In this document: piece after piece, positions 56,942-64,000 of the stretch
Numbering within the stretch: the stretch's first letter is position 1
How the letters are laid out: each line of letters begins with the position of its first letter
Origin: a candidate division FCPU426 bacterium
Lineage (GTDB): Bacteria > Oederibacteriota > Muellerivitia > Muellerivitales > Muellerivitaceae
DNA length: 64,000 nucleotides
Reading direction: 5' to 3'
Assembly: GCA_963719085.1 (NCBI GenBank)
Contig: CAVRAL010000001.1
Location: forward strand, 320,001-384,000
Translations under genes and position numbers: made by a program
The notes under the pieces: generated by a model
What the model was told of the DNA's origin: nothing
The model's database searches: none
What the model saw: the letters and a program-made list of their open reading frames with translations, nothing else

Positions 56942-58221
56942 AGTCAATCCTCATCCAGGGCGGCCACGTCATCGATCCGGCGAATCAACTCGACGGCGAA
57001 GCGGATGTTTTCCTCAAGGATGGCAAGGTTGAGAAGGTCGGCAAAAATCTCAAGGTCAAAGCCGATCAAGTGATCGACGCCAAGGGCAAGATCGTCACGC
57101 CGGGCCTGGTCGACATCCATGTGCACTTGCGGGAGCCCGGGTTTGAGTATAAAGAAACCATCGCCACCGGTACCCACGCCGCTGTCGCGGGCGGGGTCAC
57201 CTCGGTGGCCTGCATGCCCAACACCAACCCGCCCATCGACGACCAGACCATCGTTTACTTCATTAAGGCGAAGGCCGAAAAAGAAGGTTACTGCCACGTG
57301 TTTCCGGTGGGTTGTATCTCCAAGCGCCGGGAAGGCGCCGAGATGGCGGAGATCGGCGAGCTTAAGCGGGCGGGCGCGGTGGCCTTGTCCGACGACGGCG
57401 CGCCGGTGATGAACGCGGAGCTGATGCGCCGGGTGATGGAATACGCCAAGACCCAAGACCTGGTCGTGATCGAGCATTGCGAGGACATGCATCTTTCCAA
57501 TAACGGGGTCATGAACGAAGGCGCGCCCTCAACCGTCCTGGGGCTTCGGGGAATCCCGGCGGCGTCCGAGACGGTCATGGTGGCCCGCAACATCCTGCTG
57601 GCGGAGATGACGGGAGCCAAGTTCCATGTGGCCCATCTTTCCACGGCCGGGTCGGTGGAGTTGGTGCGGCAAGCCAAGAAAAAGGGCCTGGCGGTCACCG
57701 CCGAAACCGCGCCCCATTACTGGAGCCTGTCGGACAAATCGATCAAAAACTACAACGCCAACTTCAAGATGAACCCGCCGCTACGCGGCGAGGAAGACGT
57801 GGCAGCCATCCGCAAAGGAATCAAGGAAGGCGTCATTGACTGCATCGCCACCGACCACGCCCCGCACGCGGGCACGGAAAAACAATGCGAGTTTGACCAA
57901 GCCGCCTTCGGAATCGTGGGGCTGGAAACCCTTTTTGCCCTGACCTACAGCCACTTGGTGGAACCCGGGGTCGTGAGCTTGTCCCGGGCCATTGAAATGC
58001 TGACGGTGGGACCTTCCAAAATCGTAAGCATCCCCAAAGGCACCTTGTCGGAGGGCGCGGACGCGGATGTGGCGATCTTCGATATCAAAAATGAGAAAAA
58101 AGTAGACTCCACCAAATTCAAAAGCAAAGGCAAGAACAGTCCGTTTAATGGCTGGGCTCTTAAAGGTTGGGCGGAAGTCACGATTGTGAGTGGAATAGTG
58201 AAGTACGAACGAGAAGATTAA
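56938..58221 (+). CDS. pyrC: dihydroorotase (type I)
   Basis: DIHVHLREPG, MPNTNP, KMNPPLR, ATDHAPH. Confidence 0.97.
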   Translation: MKSILIQGGHVIDPANQLDGEADVFLKDGKVEKVGKNLKVKADQVIDAKGKIVTPGLVDIHVHLREPGFEYKETIATGTHAAVAGGVTSVACMPNTNPPIDDQTIVYFIKAKAEKEGYCHVFPVGCISKRREGAEMAEIGELKRAGAVALSDDGAPVMNAELMRRVMEYAKTQDLVVIEHCEDMHLSNNGVMNEGAPSTVLGLRGIPAASETVMVARNILLAEMTGAKFHVAHLSTAGSVELVRQAKKKGLAVTAETAPHYWSLSDKSIKNYNANFKMNPPLRGEEDVAAIRKGIKEGVIDCIATDHAPHAGTEKQCEFDQAAFGIVGLETLFALTYSHLVEPGVVSLSRAIEMLTVGPSKIVSIPKGTLSEGADADVAIFDIKNEKKVDSTKFKSKGKNSPFNGWALKGWAEVTIVSGIVKYERED

Positions 58222-58235
58222 GCCAACAAAAACGG

Positions 58236-58335
58236 CTCACGCAAAGACGCTAAGATGCCAAGGACGGCAAAGTCTGATTTTGAGAAAAACTTAATGCTTT
58301 TGTAGTTCTTGGCGGACTTGGTGTCTTGGCGGTGA
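58236..58335. repeat. palindrome family A, chimeric arms
   Basis: CTCACGCAAAGACGCTAAGATGCCAAG ... CTTGGCGGACTTGGTGTCTTGGCGGTGA. Confidence 0.85.
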
Positions 58336-58356
58336 AAAAAATCTAAGGGGTTTTGG

Positions 58357-59547
58357 GTGGCTTCTAAAATGAAAAAAGCGGTTTTGGCGCTCGAAGATGG
58401 TACTTGGTTTGAGGGATTGTCTTTTGGCGCGGAAGGAAAGTCCTTCGGCGAAGTCGTCTTCAACACGTCCATGACGGGCTATCAGGAAATTTTGACCGAT
58501 CCTTCTTATAAGGGCCAGATGGTCACCATGACCTATCCCATGATCGGCAATTACGGCGTGAACCACGTGGATATCGAGTCCCGCAAGCCTTTCGTCGAAG
58601 GCTTCATCGTGAAGGAATATTGTAAACATCCTTCCAACTACCGCATGACCTCGAGTCTGGCCGATTACCTGAAAAAGAACAATATCATCGGCATCGAGGG
58701 CATCGACACCCGGGCCTTGACCGCTCATTTGCGGGAATTCGGCTCGAAGAAGGGCGTCCTCTCGACGACTGAACTGGATCCCAAAAAGTTGGTCAAACAA
58801 GCCAAGGACAGTCCGGGGCTGGTTGGCCGGGATTTGGTAAAAGAAGTCACTTGCGACCGGCCCTACCACTGGACGGAACTTCCTTACGATCTCAATGAGT
58901 TAGGAGTTGGGGGTTCAGAGTTGGGAGTTGAAAAGCAATTAAACCTTCAGCAGGAACACAAGAGCAACGGCAAAGCTAGAATCAAAATCGCCGCTCTCGA
59001 TTGCGGGATCAAATACAACATCCTTCGTCAATTAACCGCACAGGGATTTGATGTGACGGTTTTCCCGGCCACCACGCCGGTGGAGGCCTTGATGGACGCC
59101 CATGTGAAAGGCGTTTTTCTTTCTAATGGTCCCGGCGACCCTGAGGGCGTACCTTACGTGGTCGACACGGTCCGCCAGCTGATCCACCGCAACATGCCGA
59201 TTTTCGGCATCTGCTTGGGGCATCAAATTTTGGGGTTGGCCATGGGCGGCAAGACCTACAAGATGAAGTTCGGCCATCGGGGCGGAAATCAGCCGGTACT
59301 GAACCTCTTTACCAAGAAGGTCGAGATCACCAGCCAAAACCACGGCTTTTGCGTGGAAACGGAAAGCCTGAATCCGGATGAAGTGGAGTCCACTCACTTG
59401 AACCTTTCGGACAACACCAGCGAGGGATTGGCCTTGAAGCACAAGCCGGTCTATAGCGTGCAATATCATCCGGAAGCCTCGCCCGGACCGCATGACGCGG
59501 ATTATTTATTCAAAATGTTCAGAGAACTGGTGGAAAAAAATGCCTAA
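58357..59547 (+). CDS. carA: carbamoyl-phosphate synthase small subunit
   Basis: [38 protein letters not shown]. Confidence 0.97.
   Translation: MASKMKKAVLALEDGTWFEGLSFGAEGKSFGEVVFNTSMTGYQEILTDPSYKGQMVTMTYPMIGNYGVNHVDIESRKPFVEGFIVKEYCKHPSNYRMTSSLADYLKKNNIIGIEGIDTRALTAHLREFGSKKGVLSTTELDPKKLVKQAKDSPGLVGRDLVKEVTCDRPYHWTELPYDLNELGVGGSELGVEKQLNLQQEHKSNGKARIKIAALDCGIKYNILRQLTAQGFDVTVFPATTPVEALMDAHVKGVFLSNGPGDPEGVPYVVDTVRQLIHRNMPIFGICLGHQILGLAMGGKTYKMKFGHRGGNQPVLNLFTKKVEITSQNHGFCVETESLNPDEVESTHLNLSDNTSEGLALKHKPVYSVQYHPEASPGPHDADYLFKMFRELVEKNA
58897..58931 (+). repeat. five tandem heptamers (GAGTTRG-like) inside carA
   Basis: GAGTTAG GAGTTGG GGGTTCA GAGTTGG GAGTTGA, encoding [12 protein letters not shown]. 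Confidence 0.75.
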
Positions 59548-62500
59548 ACGAACTGACATCAAAAAAATTCTTGTCGTCGGGGCCGGGCCCATCATCATCG
59601 GCCAGGCCTGTGAATTTGACTACTCCGGAACCCAAGGTTGCAAAGCGCTCAAAGAAGAGGGCTTTGAGGTCATCTTGATCAACTCCAACCCGGCTACGAT
59701 CATGACGGACCCGGAATTCGCCCACCGCACCTATGTGGAACCCATCACGCCTGAAGTCGTCCGTAAGATCATTGAAAGGGAACGGCCCGATGCCATGCTT
59801 CCGACCTTGGGAGGGCAGACGGCACTCAATATCGCGGTGGCCCTCGCCGAAAACGGCACCTTGAACGAATTCAAAGTAGAACTCATTGGCGCCAATTTGG
59901 CCGCCATTAAAAAGGCCGAAGACCGCCAACTTTTTAAAGAAGCCATGCTCAAGATCGGGCTCGATCTTCCGAAATCACTGACCGTCCACACGCTTGAAGA
60001 GGGAATTGGCTTCGCCGAAGGCAATGGTTTCCCGGTCATTATCCGTCCCGCCTTCACGCTGGGCGGAACCGGCGGCGGTATCGCTTACAACCGCCAAGAG
60101 TTTGAGGAAATTCTCTCGAAGGGAATCGACCTTTCGCCCATCCACCAATGCTTGGTCGAGGAATCGGCCTTGGGTTGGAAAGAATATGAGATGGAAGTGA
60201 TGCGGGACCTGAAAGACAACGTGGTCATCATCTGCTCCATCGAGAACATGGACCCCATGGGGATTCACACCGGTGACTCGGTCACCGTGGCCCCGGCGCA
60301 AACCCTGACGGACAAAGAATATCAACGCATGCGCGACGCCTCCATCGCCTGCATCCGGGAGATCGGCGTGGATACGGGTGGATCGAACATCCAGTTCGGC
60401 GTGGACCCGAAGACAGGCCGCATGGTGGTGATCGAGATGAATCCCCGGGTCTCCCGGTCTTCCGCCTTGGCCTCCAAAGCGACCGGATTTCCCATCGCTA
60501 AGATCGCGGCCAAACTGGCCGTGGGTTACACGTTGGATGAAATCTTTAACGACATCACCCGATATACCAAGGCGGCTTTCGAGCCTTCCATCGATTATGT
60601 GGTCACCAAAATCCCGCGCTTCACCTTTGAAAAGTTTCCCGATGCCGAGGATATCCTGAATACCTCCATGAAGAGCGTGGGGGAAACCATGGCGATCGGC
60701 CGCACGTTTAAAGAGAGCTACCAAAAGGCGCTTCGGTCCATGGAAACCGGCAGTACGGGTTATGGGGCCGAGGGCCGTGAATTCAAGGACGGCCGCTGGC
60801 AAAAGACCGGTGTCCGCAAACCGGGGAAATTGCCGGTAGACCTTTTGGAAGCTCAACTGCGTAAGCCGACCTCCATCCGCCACTTTTTTATCCGCCAGGC
60901 TTTTTGGCAGGGTTATGACGTGGATAAGATTTACAAATTGTGCGCCATCGACCCTTGGTTCTTGAATGAGCTGAAAGAAATCGTGGACATGGAAAAGGCG
61001 CTGGAAAAATCCACGGCCAAATCGGGAAAACTCACGACTAAACTGCCGGAAGATCTTTTGCGCCAAGCCAAGGCCATGGGGTTCTCCGACGTCCAATTGG
61101 CGTTCCTGTGTAAGGCGAAGGAAACCGCGGTCCGGAGCTATCGGAAACTCAAAGGCGTCAAACCGGTCTATAAGATGGTGGATACCTGCGCCGGCGAATT
61201 TGAGGCTTTCACGCCTTACCTTTATTCCACTTATGAATTAGGTAAATCGTCCTTCGCCGGAAAAGATACCGAAGCCCCTCCGACTAAAGAGCAAAAGATC
61301 ATGATCTTAGGCGGCGGCCCCAACCGCATCGGCCAGGGAATTGAGTTCGACTATTGCTGCGTGCACGGCGCCTTCGCGCTTCGAGCCGACGGATATGAAG
61401 TCATTATGGTCAACAACAACCCGGAAACGGTCTCGACCGACTACGACACGTCCAACCGGCTTTATTTTGAGCCTTTGACTTTTGAGGATGTGATGAACAT
61501 TTTGGATCGGGAAAAACCCAAAGGCGTTATCGTCCAATTCGGCGGCCAGACGCCTCTAAAACTGGCGGTGCCGCTCAAACAAGCGGGAGCCCCCATCATC
61601 GGCACTTCGCCGGAATCCATTGATGTGGCGGAAGACCGCAAGCTTTTCGGGGCTTTGCTCAAGCGCCTCAAGATCCGTCAGCCGGACAACGGCATCGCCA
61701 TGAACGTGAAGCAGGCCAAACCCGTGGCCCGCAAGGTCGGTTATCCCGTTGTGGTGCGTCCTTCTTATGTATTGGGCGGGCGGGCCATGGAAATCGTATA
61801 TGACGAAGAATCCTTGGACGAGTTTGTCCAAAAGGCGGCGGAAGCGGCTCCTGACAAGCCCATCTTGATCGACCACTTTTTGGAAGACGCCTTGGAAGTG
61901 GACGTGGATTGCGTGTCTGACGGCAAAGAAGTATTGGTGGCGGGCATCATGGAACATATCGAGGAAGCGGGCATCCACTCGGGCGACTCCGCCTGCGTGA
62001 TTCCGCCCTATACCTTGCGCGAGGACCAGATCGCGGCGATCAAAAAGCACAGCAAAGAAATGGCCTTGGCTTTGAAGGTGAAGGGGTTGATGAACGTGCA
62101 GTACGCCATCAAGAACGACATGGTTTATGTCTTGGAAGTGAATCCCCGGGCTTCCCGCACCGTGCCATTTGTCTCGAAAGCCACGGGAACTTCCTGGGCC
62201 AAGGTGGCGGCCCGCCTGATGGCGGGGAAGAGCATCGCTCTGCTCAAGATAAAAGAAGTTTCCTATCTCAAACACGTGGCCGTGAAAGAATCCGTGTTTC
62301 CCTTCAACCGCTTCCCGGGCGTGGATACGGTTTTGGGCCCTGAAATGAAATCTACCGGCGAAGTGATGGGCATCGACACCGATTTCGGCATGGCTTTTTC
62401 CAAAAGCCAGATGGGCGCGAACTCGTCTTTGCCCATGAAGGGAACGGTGTTTGTGTCGGTGAAGAATAAGGACAAGCGTTCGGTGATCTTCATCGCCAAG

Positions 62501-62839
62501 CGGCTTTCGGACATGGGTTTAAAACTGGTGGCCACCCAAGGCACGGCGCAGGCTTTGATTTCCAACGGAATGGAAGTGACCGTGGTGCGCAAGGTGCACG
62601 AGGGAAGACCCAATGTGGTCGACCTCATTAAGAACGGTGAAATCCAACTGATCTTTAACACGCCCGCGGGCAAGGGGCCCCGGTCGGATGATTTCCAAAT
62701 CCGCCGCACGGCGGTGGTTTACAACGTGCCCTGCATTACCACGCTCTCGGCTTGCGCCGCCGCCGTCAACGGCATTGAGGCCATGAAAAAGCATGAGATC
62801 CGGGTGAAGTCGCTCCAGGAATACCACAACCTCGCCTAA
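59540..62839 (+). CDS. carB: carbamoyl-phosphate synthase large subunit
   Basis: [18 protein letters not shown], two ATP-grasp halves, MGS domain. Confidence 0.98.
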   Translation: MPKRTDIKKILVVGAGPIIIGQACEFDYSGTQGCKALKEEGFEVILINSNPATIMTDPEFAHRTYVEPITPEVVRKIIERERPDAMLPTLGGQTALNIAVALAENGTLNEFKVELIGANLAAIKKAEDRQLFKEAMLKIGLDLPKSLTVHTLEEGIGFAEGNGFPVIIRPAFTLGGTGGGIAYNRQEFEEILSKGIDLSPIHQCLVEESALGWKEYEMEVMRDLKDNVVIICSIENMDPMGIHTGDSVTVAPAQTLTDKEYQRMRDASIACIREIGVDTGGSNIQFGVDPKTGRMVVIEMNPRVSRSSALASKATGFPIAKIAAKLAVGYTLDEIFNDITRYTKAAFEPSIDYVVTKIPRFTFEKFPDAEDILNTSMKSVGETMAIGRTFKESYQKALRSMETGSTGYGAEGREFKDGRWQKTGVRKPGKLPVDLLEAQLRKPTSIRHFFIRQAFWQGYDVDKIYKLCAIDPWFLNELKEIVDMEKALEKSTAKSGKLTTKLPEDLLRQAKAMGFSDVQLAFLCKAKETAVRSYRKLKGVKPVYKMVDTCAGEFEAFTPYLYSTYELGKSSFAGKDTEAPPTKEQKIMILGGGPNRIGQGIEFDYCCVHGAFALRADGYEVIMVNNNPETVSTDYDTSNRLYFEPLTFEDVMNILDREKPKGVIVQFGGQTPLKLAVPLKQAGAPIIGTSPESIDVAEDRKLFGALLKRLKIRQPDNGIAMNVKQAKPVARKVGYPVVVRPSYVLGGRAMEIVYDEESLDEFVQKAAEAAPDKPILIDHFLEDALEVDVDCVSDGKEVLVAGIMEHIEEAGIHSGDSACVIPPYTLREDQIAAIKKHSKEMALALKVKGLMNVQYAIKNDMVYVLEVNPRASRTVPFVSKATGTSWAKVAARLMAGKSIALLKIKEVSYLKHVAVKESVFPFNRFPGVDTVLGPEMKSTGEVMGIDTDFGMAFSKSQMGANSSLPMKGTVFVSVKNKDKRSVIFIAKRLSDMGLKLVATQGTAQALISNGMEVTVVRKVHEGRPNVVDLIKNGEIQLIFNTPAGKGPRSDDFQIRRTAVVYNVPCITTLSACAAAVNGIEAMKKHEIRVKSLQEYHNLA

Positions 62840-62969
62840 TCCGTATAAAATTAGTGACAATTAATTAACTTGCCGTTTAAGTTTGTCCATATAGAATGCT
62901 TCGACATAGAAGCTATTTAGATCATTATTTTTTTCAAATATAAAACCGGCTGTTTATTTGAGGTTCCGT

Positions 62970-64000
62970 ATGGCTCTAAAACGAGTTCCGTCCATTTTTC
63001 TGTTTTCCTCGTCCTTCATTGCTTTTTTCCTGTCCGTCCACTCTTTGTGGGCCATCACCAACATCCCCTCCCAAGCTTGGAACACCGATATCGCGGGCAA
63101 TACCAGCTACATTGACGGCGCCCCGATCGGGGGATTGGGCGCTGGCACCATTACCCGGAATTTCGCGGGCGATTTCTATTTGGGGCGCTTAAAAATCGCG
63201 GCGGCTCCCTCCACGGTTACCAATCTGCCCTACACGATCGACACCAATTGCGGTTTCTACATGTACCAGAAGCAAATCAATCAGACCGCCGTCACGAGAA
63301 AACTGGACGCCGCTGGTCTTGGCGCCGGCCAGGCAAAGTATTACTCGCTTTTTCCCAAAGCTTGGGTGGATTATTTCGGAACGGACTTTCCTTGTGAGGC
63401 GAAGCTGACCCAGTTTTCCCCGATCATCCCCGGGGATTATCAGAGGACCAGTTATCCCGAAGGGATTTATGAATGGGACGTCACCAACAGCAAGACGGTG
63501 TCCTGCGATGTGGCCGTGATGTTGACGTGGGATAATACTTTCGGAGGCAATACCTCGGCGGTTTCGATTTTAGGAAACAATACGGGGATTGTGTTGAGCC
63601 GTTCGGGCGGAGTGGGCACCCTCGCGAACACCGGTGAATTTACGATCGCCACCCAAAGCTCAGCCGGCGTTAACGTCACTTATCAAACGGGGACCTTGGC
63701 CACACTGCAGTCGACCTTTTCAAGCGCCGGATTACTGAACAAGACTTCAACCTCCACTATCACGGGCGCGATTGCCTTCAAAGTCACCCTGGCCCCCGGT
63801 CAATCGGTCAAAATTCCAATTGTGTTGGCTTGGGACCTTCCCATTTGCCAGCCAGGCACCGCTTCCTGGTACCGGGAATACACCCGTTATTACGGGCGGA
63901 CCGGGCTTAATTCTTTTTCCATCGCCAATGACGCGCTGAACAACTACCAAGCTTGGGAAGCCTCAATTGACAGTTGGCAGAACAGCGTCTTGAGCCAGGC
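62970..64000 (+). CDS. secreted GH116 beta-glucosidase/glucosylceramidase, N-terminal part (runs off the window)
   Basis: not in the ORF track; hand translation gives a signal peptide, GAPIGGLGAGTI, YYSLFPKAW, QFSPIIPGDYQRTSYP. Confidence 0.85.
   Translation, partial: MALKRVPSIFLFSSSFIAFFLSVHSLWAITNIPSQAWNTDIAGNTSYIDGAPIGGLGAGTITRNFAGDFYLGRLKIAAAPSTVTNLPYTIDTNCGFYMYQKQINQTAVTRKLDAAGLGAGQAKYYSLFPKAWVDYFGTDFPCEAKLTQFSPIIPGDYQRTSYPEGIYEWDVTNSKTVSCDVAVMLTWDNTFGGNTSAVSILGNNTGIVLSRSGGVGTLANTGEFTIATQSSAGVNVTYQTGTLATLQSTFSSAGLLNKTSTSTITGAIAFKVTLAPGQSVKIPIVLAWDLPICQPGTASWYREYTRYYGRTGLNSFSIANDALNNYQAWEASIDSWQNSVLSQ

Noticed and set aside
58222..58356. Relay mini-ORF across the pyrC-carA palindrome
   Set aside because: No start coupled to the pyrC stop was found, so coupling is not universal among the elements.

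Overview
Bacterial chromosomal window, moderately GC-rich, from an apparently uncultured diderm lineage. A secreted glycoside hydrolase with a Pro/Thr linker and a T9SS-CTD-like tail is reminiscent of FCPU426-like candidate taxa (inference only). It is mostly housekeeping: ffh, rpe, rlmN, hisG, dut, hisS-aspS, phoH-ybeY-corC-PHP-era-pyk, and a PyrR-attenuated pyrR-pyrB-pyrC-carA-carB operon. It also carries GH44, GH5 and GH116 glycoside hydrolases and an 8-PAS kinase/NtrC pair followed by a consensus sigma-54 promoter. I found no rRNA, tRNA, CRISPR array or transposase. The striking signal is non-coding. (1) About 19 long-armed intergenic palindromes of several families sit at gene junctions. 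(2) A ~75-80 bp two-hairpin element with an invariant CGGGACA core occurs 8 times, always inside an arm of those palindromes. In the clearest cases, deleting it restores a perfect inverted repeat, and its subtype tracks the host family. (3) Several junction insertions are read through by ribosomes, either as mini-ORFs whose stop overlaps the next start (ATGA/GTGA) and whose start copies the downstream gene start, or as in-frame N-terminal extensions. Together this looks like a nested, non-autonomous mobile DNA system domesticated for operon translation.
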